The notes under the pieces are model-generated. The model made no database searches. It was given only the letters and a program-made list of their open reading frames with translations, and had not been told where the DNA came from. A stretch of DNA of 54,245 nt from Thermoplasmata archaeon (GTDB lineage Archaea; Thermoplasmatota; Thermoplasmata; Lutacidiplasmatales; UBA184). Shown piece after piece: positions 35,757-45,192 of the stretch. The stretch lies in the NCBI GenBank assembly GCA_022750205.1, contig JAKIWD010000002.1, positions 1 through 54,245 on the forward strand, written 5' to 3'. A program made the translations under genes and the position numbers. Numbering within the stretch: the stretch's first letter is position 1; every line of letters starts with the position of its first letter.

Positions 35757-36350
35757 TCAGAGCGGGGGGAACGCCCCGGGAGCGAGCGCATATAGAATCG
35801 TCACGATCCCGACGAGCGTCAGGATCACGACCACGAGCCGATTCAGCTGAGCGGGTTCGACGCGGTCCCCGACCCGGGAGCCGATGAGGCAGGCCGTCGC
35901 GGCCACGAACATCAACCCGAGGGCCGCCGCGAGACCGACAAGCAGCGGATCGTTGATCGAGAAAACGAAGTTCATCGTCAGGATCATGGTCGTATCGCCG
36001 AGTTCCAGGAGGAAGATCAGGAGGAACGCGGTCACTGTCACCGACCGGCGCGCGATCTTGGTCTCGGCCGCGTCCTTGTGGAGGATGAGATACCCTGCGT
36101 ACGCCAGGAGGAGCAGCCCGCCGGCCAGCCGCAGGTATTCGACGTGCCCCCCCAGGGCCGCAAGGAGCGCGGTGCCGATGACGACGGCAAGGACCGTCGT
36201 CGCTGCGAACGCCGCAGCGGCCCCGAGCCAGACCGCGAGCGGGGGCTCGCGGGCCGCCAGTCCGATGAGCGCGAAATTGGTGCGATCCGCGAACTCGAAC
36301 CCGGCGATGACGACCAGGACCGTCAGGAAGGCGACGAGGTCGGCGACGAT
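35757..36350 (-). CDS. UPF0016/GDT1 (TMEM165) family cation transporter with two E-x-G-D-[KR/T]-T repeats; 5' end unresolved (no canonical start in frame)
   Basis: The frame is open from 36491 down to 35757 and encodes ..AGFEFADRTNFALIGLAA.. and ..LLELGDTTMILTM... The track lists only the second half (GTG 36041). Confidence 0.65.
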   Translation of the reverse strand: MVADLVAFLTVLVVIAGFEFADRTNFALIGLAAREPPLAVWLGAAAAFAATTVLAVVIGTALLAALGGHVEYLRLAGGLLLLAYAGYLILHKDAAETKIARRSVTVTAFLLIFLLELGDTTMILTMNFVFSINDPLLVGLAAALGLMFVAATACLIGSRVGDRVEPAQLNRLVVVILTLVGIVTILYALAPGAFPPL

Positions 36351-36366
36351 GGGCGGTTCCTCGGCG

Positions 36367-36825
36367 TCACGCCAGGGGGTTGCGGAAGTCGTCGACGAGC
36401 CGTTCGCAGTAGACGCAGCGCAACACGACGGGTCGACGCCGGGCGACCTCGAACTCGCTCTCGACCGGTTCGCGCTGGTTGGTGATGCAGTTCACGTTGG
36501 GGCACGGGAGCACCCCGGCGATACGATCCGGGAGGTCGACGGGGCGTTTTTCCCGTACCTTGAAATCGCGGATGATCGAGATCGTGGCGGTCGGGGCGAG
36601 GAGCGCGATGGCGTTGACCTTACGGGGAGAGAGCTCCATGTTCTCGACCTTGACGATGTCCTTCCAACCGATCTTCTGACTGCGCACGTGGAGCGCCACC
36701 GAGACCGTCGAGTCCTTATCGAGCTCTCGGACCCCGATGATGCGCAGCACCTCGAGGGCGAGGCCATTGCCGATGTGGTCGATTACGGTGCCGTTCTTGA
36801 TCGGCGTGAGCTTGAGTTCCCGCAT
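36367..36825 (-). CDS. pyrI: Aspartate carbamoyltransferase regulatory subunit
   Basis: MRELKLTPIKNGTVIDHI.. and the C-terminal zinc domain CPNVNCITN..LRCVYCERL. Confidence 0.92.
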   Translation of the reverse strand: MRELKLTPIKNGTVIDHIGNGLALEVLRIIGVRELDKDSTVSVALHVRSQKIGWKDIVKVENMELSPRKVNAIALLAPTATISIIRDFKVREKRPVDLPDRIAGVLPCPNVNCITNQREPVESEFEVARRRPVVLRCVYCERLVDDFRNPLA

Positions 36826-36831
36826 CCCGGC

Positions 36832-37764
36832 CTACCCCGCCTTCCCGGTCAGCATGAGGGAGAGCAGAGCCATGCGGACCGGCACGCCGAGCGCGGCCTG
36901 TCGGAAGTACGCCGCATGGGGCGAGCCGTCGACCTCCGGCGCGATCTCGCCCATTCGGGGCAGCGGGTGCATCACGATGAGTCGGTCCTTCGCTCCCGCG
37001 AGCACGGCGTTGTCGATCCGGTACGATCCGGCAACCTTCTGGTACTCCCGGTCGTCGCCGAAGCGTTCGCGTTGGATGCGCGTTACGTACAGGACATCGG
37101 CGTCCCGGATCGCCTGATGGAGCTGATCGGCGTCGGATACCTTCGCACCCACCTGATCGAGGTGTTCGCGGACCTCCTCCGGAAGCGCGAGGGAGGGGGG
37201 ACTGGACAAAACGAGTTCCGCCCCAAAAACCCCGAGGGCGTGCGCGAGCGAGTGCGCGGTCCGTCCGAACTTCAGGTCGCCCAGAAGCACGACCTTGAGC
37301 CCCGTGAGGGTCCCGAACGCCTCGTGCATTGTCGCCAGATCAATCAGGGTCTGGGACGGATGCTGCCCGGCACCGTCACCGGCATTGATGACCGGTTTGT
37401 CCGACGCCATGGCCGCCAGGCGCGCCGCGCCTTCGTTGGGGTGGCGGAGCACGATCGCGTCGCCGTATCCGGAAAGGATCCGGGTCGTGTCATGGAGGCT
37501 TTCCCCTTTCTTCGTTGAACTGGACGCCGGATCCGCGATGGTCACACACGCCCCGCCGAGTCGAAGCATCGCGGTCTCGAACGACAGTCGCGTGCGGGTG
37601 GAAGGTTCGAAAAAGGCCAACGTCAGCACCCAGCCGGCAAGCCCTCGATTGACCTTGCCCCCAACGGCGAGCGGCAGCATGCGCCGGGAGGCCCGGAGGA
37701 CCTCTTCGATATCCTCCCGCGAGAGGTCCCGGATGCTGATCAGGTCCCTCCCTTTGAGACCCAT
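36832..37764 (-). CDS. pyrB: Aspartate carbamoyltransferase catalytic subunit
   Basis: FFEPSTRTRLSFE, HPSQTLIDL, MHPLPR. ATG 37764 (MGLKGRDLISIRDL); the track ORF extends to 38043. Confidence 0.92.
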   Translation of the reverse strand: MGLKGRDLISIRDLSREDIEEVLRASRRMLPLAVGGKVNRGLAGWVLTLAFFEPSTRTRLSFETAMLRLGGACVTIADPASSSTKKGESLHDTTRILSGYGDAIVLRHPNEGAARLAAMASDKPVINAGDGAGQHPSQTLIDLATMHEAFGTLTGLKVVLLGDLKFGRTAHSLAHALGVFGAELVLSSPPSLALPEEVREHLDQVGAKVSDADQLHQAIRDADVLYVTRIQRERFGDDREYQKVAGSYRIDNAVLAGAKDRLIVMHPLPRMGEIAPEVDGSPHAAYFRQAALGVPVRMALLSLMLTGKAG

Positions 37765-37818
37765 GACGGCGACGGAGAGGTCGCACCTCTTTAATCGTTC
37801 GTCGGCGGACCCGGCGCC

Positions 37819-38763
37819 GTGGCTGAGGCGGGCGACCCGACCCGCCGTGGTGACCGATTGACCGCTCGATTCCGCGGACTCCCCTCCGGGGGTTTGTTCG
37901 GGATCCTCGTCCTTGCGTGGGGGCTGAACTACCTCTTCGTACGCGAAGGGTTGCTGTACAGCCCCCCGCTGTGGCTCGCCACCGCTCGAACCTTGGTGGG
38001 GGTCGCCGCCGTCGGGGTTCTGATCCGCCTCGGAGGTCGGCACGGAAAGGCCATGGATCCAGCCGGTCGCCGGGACGCGATGCTGATCGGCATCCCCACG
38101 ACGGCGTTGTTCTTCGGGCTCTGGTTCGTCGGCGAAGGGAGTGTGCCTCCCGGCGAGGCCGCCGTGGTCGTGTACACGTTCCCGCTCTGGGTTGCCCTGC
38201 TCGCCCCGTGGGTGCTGAAGCGGCGGATGTCCGTGCCGGCGCTGGCGGCGATCGGGCTCGGATTCGCCGGGATCGTGCTCATCACCCAGCCGTGGAACAC
38301 GAGCGCGGGTGGACCTACGCTCGGCGCGATCGTCGCGCTGTTGGTGGCGGCCTTATCGTGGGCGGTCGGGACGGTCCTCTATCAGCGTCGGTTCGACCCC
38401 GTCCAGATGCAGGAAGCGAACTTCTACCAGCTGCTCGGAGGCGGTGTCGCGCTCGTCGGCGCCAGTGCGCTGCTCGAACCCCACTTACCAGTGGTGACCG
38501 TTCCGCTGCTGGTGATCTGGGCCTGGCTCGGAGTGGTGGGGACGGCAATCGCGTACGCGATCTGGTTCTGGCTGCTGGCGCGGATCCCGGCCGAGCAGCT
38601 CGCCTCCTACGTGTTCCTGGTGCCCGTCGTCGCCCTGGGGTTCTCGGTTGCGCTCCTGGGGGAGCGGGTGGACGGGAGCCAGATCGCGGGCATCACCGCG
38701 GTCGTGATGAGCATCTACGCCACGGGCCGAACGAGCGGGGGACCACGGACCGAGGTGGTTTAG
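37819..38763 (+). CDS. EamA/DMT-superfamily transporter
   Basis: Ten hydrophobic helices in a two-repeat EamA arrangement (LAWGLNYLF.., ..ALSWAVGTVLYQ..). Confidence 0.75.
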   Translation: MAEAGDPTRRGDRLTARFRGLPSGGLFGILVLAWGLNYLFVREGLLYSPPLWLATARTLVGVAAVGVLIRLGGRHGKAMDPAGRRDAMLIGIPTTALFFGLWFVGEGSVPPGEAAVVVYTFPLWVALLAPWVLKRRMSVPALAAIGLGFAGIVLITQPWNTSAGGPTLGAIVALLVAALSWAVGTVLYQRRFDPVQMQEANFYQLLGGGVALVGASALLEPHLPVVTVPLLVIWAWLGVVGTAIAYAIWFWLLARIPAEQLASYVFLVPVVALGFSVALLGERVDGSQIAGITAVVMSIYATGRTSGGPRTEVV

Positions 38764-38854
38764 TACCGTAGCATAGGGCCCGGTGCACCGCATACGTATA
38801 AGTATGTGGTCCACCAAGATTGTCTCGTCATCCCCCGGGATGAAGGGACACCAA

Positions 38855-39364
38855 ATGAGGAGAATCGGCGGACGGGCGATCTATGTCGGAACCATCGTGG
38901 CGATCTTGGCCCTCGTCGCGGGCTTCGTGGCGGCCTCCGTGGCGATCTCCAACAGCTCCCAGAACGCCGAGGCGAACTACGTCAACGCCTCCGGAAGCGT
39001 TACGGGCGTGACGTACACTTCCACCGTGTTGACCTCTGTCACCGGCTCGCCGGCCGCTTCCTCCGGGACCACGTCGGCCCCGCAGACCCTCGGCGGCGGG
39101 GCAAACACCTTCTGCGCGACGACGTGCACGAACGGCAACCCTTCGGAGGACATCACCTACGCCTTCACGACGTCCTTCGCCGGCGCGGTCGAGATCAACG
39201 TCAACGTCATCGCCGGGTCGACGACCACGACCAGCCTCTACCTCCAGCAGCCGGGAATCGCGGTCTCCGGCTCGGTGGTCATCGTGGTCGATGTTGGTTC
39301 AGGCACTTCGACCATCAGCTCGGTCACCGTCAGCGCGCAGCAGTGCGGCGCCACCTGCCCGTAG
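38855..39364 (+). CDS. Small membrane-anchored Thr/Ser-rich extracellular protein
   Basis: MRRIGGRAIYVGTIVAILALVAGFVAASVAIS signal anchor, T/S-rich beta-type domain, paired Cys (FCATTC, QQCGATC). TATAAG box at about 38797. Alternative ATG at 38840. Confidence 0.6.
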   Translation: MRRIGGRAIYVGTIVAILALVAGFVAASVAISNSSQNAEANYVNASGSVTGVTYTSTVLTSVTGSPAASSGTTSAPQTLGGGANTFCATTCTNGNPSEDITYAFTTSFAGAVEINVNVIAGSTTTTSLYLQQPGIAVSGSVVIVVDVGSGTSTISSVTVSAQQCGATCP

Positions 39365-39537
39365 GGCGCGCGGGTCGACTCACGGACCCAGAGGGGGGCA
39401 CGGAAGTGCCCTCCCAACCTTTTCGTCCGATCTTTTCCGACTTTCCAGCGAGACGGGACTCCCGGCCGGGTCGTCCAGTGAACAGGATGTTCTATATTCG
39501 TGGGAATCCGTTGTAAGTTGCGGTATGGCGCGAACCC

Positions 39538-40467
39538 GTGCCCACCCACCCGATGTATCCGAGAGCCTCCCCCGATAGGATCAGCGCGCACCCGTTGATC
39601 GCCAAATTCGGTACGGTGTCCCCACCGGCGCCCACGGGGTGGAGGGAGAACCTCCGCGCCGTGTTGCCGTTGGTTTTCGTCGCGGGTGCAAGCTTCGTTC
39701 TGTCATACTTCCTCTTCCAACAGGCGACGATTGTCCACCCCAGCCGGGTGCCCCTTTGGTTGCTGTCTTCATCGATCGGTGTCGTCGCGACGGTGGGGGC
39801 CACCACAGCCGTCATTTGGGGCGACTTCTCCGAGCAGCCCGTCTCCCTGACGGAGAGCGCCCTCGAATCGGGAGAGTATGTGTTGGTGGCCCGGGCCGAG
39901 TGGGAAGCTCGAAGCCAGCCGAACGCCCCGGGCACGATCCTGACGGAAGCCCCGCTGTCCCCAATCAGAGGGGCCGGGCATCCTCCGGAACGCGGAAACC
40001 CCCGCCCGTCCCGCGTCGCTCCAACCTCCCCAACTCCGGTCGCGGCGGCGGATCGCCTCGCCGCCCAGGTCGATGACCTGTTGCGCGACCTCGACCTCGA
40101 CGTCGGCTCGGAGGGGAAAACGCACCCGGATCGTGCCGGTCACCCTTCGTCGATCGCGCCCAAACCTGTCCGGCGCGCCGTGAGGCGAGCCCCGGGAGGA
40201 CCCTCGCCATCGGACGCGGTCGAAGGCTTGGCCGCGCAGGTAGAGTACGAGTCGCTCCTTCAGGCGCTCGAACTCGAGGCACTCCGAGCGGCGGGTCCGA
40301 GTTCCAGCGGGGGGGTCTGCGGTCGATGCGGCCGGGTTGGGAGCATCACAACGGGGTCCGCATGCCAGGAATGCTCCCGTCCATTCTGCGCGAGCTGTGC
40401 CGCAGAGTTGGCCTCAAAAGGCGGTGCGCGCATTTGCCCATCGTGTGCTCGCGGCCACGGCGCTTGA
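39538..40467 (+). CDS. 2-TM membrane protein with disordered linker and C-terminal 8-Cys zinc module
   Basis: TMs LPLVFVAGASFVLSYFLF and LWLLSSSIGVVATVGATTAVIW. C-terminus CGRC-x11-CQEC-x4-CASC-x12-CPSC. Confidence 0.65.
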   Translation: MPTHPMYPRASPDRISAHPLIAKFGTVSPPAPTGWRENLRAVLPLVFVAGASFVLSYFLFQQATIVHPSRVPLWLLSSSIGVVATVGATTAVIWGDFSEQPVSLTESALESGEYVLVARAEWEARSQPNAPGTILTEAPLSPIRGAGHPPERGNPRPSRVAPTSPTPVAAADRLAAQVDDLLRDLDLDVGSEGKTHPDRAGHPSSIAPKPVRRAVRRAPGGPSPSDAVEGLAAQVEYESLLQALELEALRAAGPSSSGGVCGRCGRVGSITTGSACQECSRPFCASCAAELASKGGARICPSCARGHGA

Positions 40468-40633
40468 ACGTCGCCCGAGTTGCTACGATCAGCCCGATAA
40501 ACGACGGGACCGTGAATCGGCAATGACCCCGAGTAGGGTCGATTCAATCGAACCCTATCTGATACCTTGAGGCATCTTGAAGGAGGCCGAGTGCCGCTTC
40601 TAGCAAGGAAGTTCGACGTCTGGAACGAAAGAA

Positions 40634-41778
40634 CTGGTGTGGTGTCCCCGTCAGGTCTACGTTCATCCGGTGCTTCTCGATCTTGGTGAGGATCTCGTCA
40701 GCCGTCGCTCTCCAGTTGGACCGCTTCGGACCTCGTTGTACCGCTCGATGTAGAGCTTCACGGCCTCGATCAGCTCGAGTTCGATTCGGAGCGTCCCCCG
40801 TCGGATCCGCTTGTCCGTGATCTCCTTGAACCACCGCTCGACCTGGTGCAGCCACGGCGAACTGGTGGGCACGAAGTGGAAGTGGAATCGCGGGTGGCGC
40901 ACTACCCAGCGCCTCGCCCTGGCCGTTCGGTAGATGGCGAGGTTGTCGAAGACGAGGTGGAGATCGGGCGCGGGAGGAGTGGTCCGCTCGATGGTCCGCA
41001 ACAAGGCGAGGAACTCCTTGGCGCGAAGGCGCTTGTGGCACTCTCCCGTAATCTTCCCGATCGAGATGTCGAGGGCAGCGAACAGGTCCGTGGTGCGATT
41101 CCTCCGATAGTCACGGGTCTGACGTTCCGGAATCCCCTTGCGCAGAGGGAGGATCGATTCGGTCCGATCGAGCGCCTGGATCTGGGTCTTCTCGTCGACT
41201 CTGAGCACGAGAGCGTGCTCGGGTGGATTGAGGTAAAGGCCGACGATGTCCCGGAGCTTCTCCTCGAAGTGCTTGTCCTTGCTGAGCGTGTAGCGCTCCA
41301 GTCGGTGGCGTTGGAGGCATCGGGCGCTCCAGATCTGGTGGACGGTGCTGGGAGTGACCCCAAATCGGGTGGCTGTGATTCGGGCGGACCAATGGGTGGC
41401 GTCCGCCGGCTTCGTGCGGAGCGTCTCGTGAACGATCGCCCGGATGGTGGAGTCCGAGATCAGAGTCGGTCCGCCCGCCCCAGGGGCGTCACTCTCAAGG
41501 CCGTGGAGACGAAGGCGGTAGAAGCGGTGGCGCCAGGGGGCGCAGGTGTTGGGCTGCGCGCCAAGTTCGTTAGCGATCTACTTGTTCTGAACTCCGTCGG
41601 CAGCCCGTAGAACGATTTTCGCTCGCAGAACGAGCCGGTTCGGGGTGGAGCGACCCCGAGCCCAGTGCTCGAGACTCGCTCGTTCCTCCGACGGGGGCGA
41701 CAGGGGCTGGACGACTCGGACCCCCGCCCACCGGCGTCACCGGCGATGACCGAAGCCATTCGGAGGACACTCCACTAG
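40634..41778 (-). mobile_element. IS630-family insertion sequence (~1.15 kb), inactivated
   Basis: Imperfect terminal inverted repeats CTGGTGTGGTGTCC (40634-40647) and reverse complement CTAGTGGAGTGTCC (41765-41778), about 11/14. The interior encodes an IS630-type transposase. Confidence 0.6.
40663..41759 (-). pseudogene. IS630-family DDE transposase pseudogene (one in-frame TAG, at least two frameshifts)
   Basis: My translation reads ..[122 protein letters not shown]... TAG at 41578-41580. ATG 41759 is in another frame. The C-terminal ..RATADEILTKI.. is in a third frame. Confidence 0.8.
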
Positions 41779-41919
41779 GGCTCCCCGAGCGTTTAGGATG
41801 GGCCGGTCGGTGAGCCTCCCACATCGGGAGCGAGTTCCGCAGCAGCCGCCTATCCAAAGTGTGTCCTGTGCGTACGCCCCTCGGGGTGTCTTCCGCCCTC
41901 CCCCTTCTTCCGCCGAGAC

Positions 41920-43166
41920 TTGCGCTGCATCCCCGGAACGCCTGCCCGGGAGTTATATCCGTGGGTCGGCCTAGCTGAGCCGACTTTGGCCGCCCTGGAC
42001 CTCGATCTTACGATTGTCCTCGGGGCTGCAATCCTTACTGCGCTCATCGCCCATCGGACGGCGCTTCCAATCACAGCGCTCGAGATCGTTGCAGGCATTT
42101 TGATCGTCACCCTGCTCGGGATTAGCCTCCCCGAAGGTACAACTGACCTGGTCATCATCGGCAGTCTTCTGATAGTGTTCCTTGCCGGACTGGAAACTGG
42201 GATGGCATACATCCGTGCTCACGCTAAGCAAGCCATCGCGATCGGGTTGCCCGCGTTCCTCGTTCCGTTCCTCGGCCTGTTCGCGTTGCTGTTCTGGGGC
42301 GCCCATGCCCCTCTGCTGGTGAGCGTAATCGGAGCCACCGCGCTCGCGGACACCTCAATCTCAGTAGTTTACACCACACTGCACCAATTCGAGCTCACCG
42401 AGCTCCCTTTCGGTCGGCTCCTTCTCGCCGCGACGCTGGTGGTCAATCTGTTCGAAGATTCGAGTGTTACGGTAACCACCTTCTTTACCGGTCCGGGATT
42501 CCTGTTCACACTGGTTGTCCTTGGGTTTCTAGTCGTTGCTGCGGTCTACCTTCCTCGGCTCTCTCGCGCGGCGGCCGAGCGGACACCTGGGACGTTTGCG
42601 AACGTTGGAGCGCGGACCCTGCTCTTCTCGCTAAGCGTGCTTTCGGTCCTATCGGCCTTGGTCGGCGTTCCCGGAATCCTGTTTGTTTCCTGATGGGGCT
42701 GATCTTCGCTGAGTATGCAGACCGGACGTTCGTTTCGGACACGCGGAAATTCGCCTTCGCCCTCTTCGTCCCCGTCTACTTCATTGCGGTCGGGCTCAGG
42801 GTCGATGTCGGGGAGGTCCTCGCGCATTGGCCACTGCTGCTCGTCCTCACCGGGGCGGCGACGGTTCTGAAGGTAGGAGCCACCTATCCGATTGCTCGTA
42901 GAATCTTCCGCCCTGGTCGTGCGGGACCCGTGTCGGTCATCCTGAACGCGAGACTCACGAGCGCAACGGTCATCCTTCTCCTCACCCAGACGATCGGGCT
43001 GATTCCGATCTCGTGGTACTCGATCTTGATCTCGGCCGTCGTCTTGTTGGCGCTCGGCTCCTCTCTCGCGCTTCGCGCTTTTCCGATGTTCAGAAGCATT
43101 GAGGCCGCTCGGGCAACCTTCGGGGGCGATCCTCATCTCCCGCCCGCCCCGGGAGTCGACACCTGA
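41920..43166 (+). pseudogene. CPA2-type cation/proton antiporter split into two ORFs (41920..42693 and 42693..43166)
   Basis: Na+/H+ exchanger-type helices. The break falls inside the conserved G-x-F-L-x-G helix (..GVPGILFVS* / MGLIFAEYADR..) at a T-run (gtttgtttcc) with TGATG overlap. Confidence 0.6.
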
Positions 43167-43869
43167 AAGTTCCCGAAGAGATGGATCAGGCCTAGTAACG
43201 GTGAGTGTCCTCCTTGGGGTTTTCAGGCAGGACAGGGCCTTCTGCAACCGGGTCTGCCTCTCCGTGGAATGGCGTGTCACCGAACGAATCCAGGGGAAAA
43301 CGGGTGGCCGGGCAATTCATCGGGCTTCTACGAGCATGCAAGCGGAATCGGGGCAGGGTCCAAAGACAAGCTGAACCCTGCCGGTACCGCCCCCTATCCC
43401 GCTACCGGGACCCATACCACACGGCGGGGTTGAGTAGGCCCCCCGGCGGGCTCGTGACGATGATCCGCGACGTGCCCGTCGGGAGCCCGACCTTCTGGCC
43501 ACGACCCGCCACCGCGGCCCTTCGGCTTTCCAGGGCAGGACGGCCACGACTTTCTCGGGAGTTGGCTGAACGGGCCGAGTGAGCACGTGCGTCGGCGGCC
43601 AGACTAGATCTCCTTCATCGCGACCCGGACTCGCTCCGACCGACGCCTCGACTCGAAGGCGGCGATCATTGGGGAAATGACCAGGAGCACGTCGCTGCCG
43701 AGGTGCGATGTGCGGCGCAAGTACATCGGTCGAGGATGAAAACATGGGCCGGGGGAGCCGTGCGGCCCCCCCGGGAAGAGGTTAGCTCCCGATCGATGGA
43801 GAAACGACGGGAGCCACGGCCGGCGAGCTGGCGGAATGGGTTGTTGGCGTCTTCGACGCTCCAAACGCC

Positions 43870-43905
43870 CCGCCCCTGAAAGGACGAAACAGGGGCGGTT
43901 TCTCT
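43870..43905 (+). terminator. Perfect 9-bp GC stem (CCGCCCCTG / CAGGGGCGG, 11-nt loop) followed by TTTCTCT
   Basis: Pairs 43870-43878 with 43890-43898. Lies in a 1.2-kb stretch without a credible ORF. Confidence 0.3.
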
Positions 43906-44364
43906 GAGGTGGCAGGAGTAAGCCCCTTTCTGTTCATGACAGCATTCGACTGCGCGCTCTCCTCGACGGTCAGGGGATCTTCCTCATCCCGTCACTCAGG
44001 GCTTGCTCCCGGGGAGACGGCCGTTTCACCATATCCGAGGGGAAGCTCCGGCGCGACGCCTTCACCGTACCCCTCGACTGTGTCGTTTCTGCTCCGTGGC
44101 TCGGGCTCTCGCCCGGCGGGCTCCCGCCCGCCCCCGCGATCCCAGGAGAGGGGACTTTCCTCAGCAATCGACCATGAAGGCCGGTCACCGTCAGCTGTCC
44201 TCTGCCTCCTCGAGGGGCGGAGCGGTTCCCCGCCCTTAACGGGTTCGGCCGCACACCAGAGGGCCCGAAAGAGGGATACCTCCTGCCGAGTGGAGGGGTC
44301 CGTGAACCGCGGGCGACGGATACCCCCTACTTCCGAGACCGGACGGGCGATCCGGGGTCTTCTC

Positions 44365-45030
44365 ATGCCCTGCCTGATGCTACAAGCGGGTCAGGTGATG
44401 CTCCCGGGCGCGAGCGGTCCTCAACCCGCAAAGACCCCGGATGGTCAGCTGTTCGACGTGCTCGACGTCAGTGATCAGCTGGCAGAACGGTTCGGGCGAA
44501 TCTATGTGGTCGACTTGGACGGCCTCGAGCACGACCAACCCCAACTCGACTATCTGCAGGAGATCTCCCGGGCCGCCGAGATCTGGGTGGACGCCGGCGT
44601 GCGAACCGCGGATCAGGCGATCGATATCGTCGTCGCTGGCGCGTTCCGCACCGTTCTCTCGAGCGCGGTCCTCGAGCGGTCAGGGGAGCTTGAGCAGGCG
44701 TGGAAGCTCTCCCCTGAGATCGCGTTCGAGGTCGAAGTAAGGGGGGGCCGCGCGGTCTCGAAGCCAACGGAGTGGTCCGGCCTCGCCATCCCGGAATTGG
44801 CGGCGGCCGCAAGGGGTGTCGGCGTCCGGGACGTGGTTTACAGCCCCCGAGCCGAGGGCATCGATTGGCATGCCGTACGCTCCCTCTCCTCCGGCGGCCC
44901 GGTTTGGGTGGCTGGATCGTTCGACACCGATCAGCTTCCCGAGCTCACTGAGGCCGGGGCGGCAGGTGGCATCTTCCACATCACGGAGGAGCTCACGTCG
45001 ATCCCGGTAACTCACGAACGATCCACTTGA
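44365..45030 (+). CDS. HisA/HisF-related TIM-barrel protein
   Basis: ..RIYVVDLDGLEHDQPQLDYLQEI..IWVDAGVRT..DIVVAGA..VLSSAVL.. resembles the archaeal proFAR-isomerase-like family. ATG 44365; the upstream part of the track ORF is junk. Confidence 0.6.
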   Translation: MPCLMLQAGQVMLPGASGPQPAKTPDGQLFDVLDVSDQLAERFGRIYVVDLDGLEHDQPQLDYLQEISRAAEIWVDAGVRTADQAIDIVVAGAFRTVLSSAVLERSGELEQAWKLSPEIAFEVEVRGGRAVSKPTEWSGLAIPELAAAARGVGVRDVVYSPRAEGIDWHAVRSLSSGGPVWVAGSFDTDQLPELTEAGAAGGIFHITEELTSIPVTHERST

Positions 45031-45192
45031 TGGGTTCTTGGCGTGCGGGATGATGACCAACTAGAACCAGCTGACCAGTGATGAGTGATGGGCGAGCTGA
45101 CCGCACGGCAGAGACCCGACTAGGGGACATGGCTACAGGTGTAGTATGTCAGGATATGTTGCCGGTTGAACTGTCAAGAAATCTTGCCACCT

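Noticed and set aside
35884-37518. 544-aa plus-strand ORF antisense to UPF0016, pyrI and pyrB
   Set aside because: It lies opposite three genes that carry unmistakable family motifs. The composition is junk-like.
41578-41580. In-frame TAG codons in the IS630 and rve genes (also 45604-45606) as possible pyrrolysine or readthrough recoding
   Set aside because: TAG is an ordinary stop for well-defined genes here (vapC 1608-1610, flippase 9663-9665, SDR 17441-17443). Both IS genes also carry frameshifts or truncations, so they are pseudogenes.
43875-43892. CUGA..CGAAAC resemblance to a hammerhead ribozyme core
   Set aside because: There is no CUGAUGA box, no stem II and no cleavage-site helix. 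It is simply the loop of a GC hairpin.
43909-44364. N-terminal 152-aa extension of the HisA/HisF-like ORF (and similar extensions of pyrB to 38043, dys to 33502, degT from 23506)
   Set aside because: The extensions are S/R/P/G-rich, lack family similarity, and internal ATGs give canonical protein lengths and N-termini.
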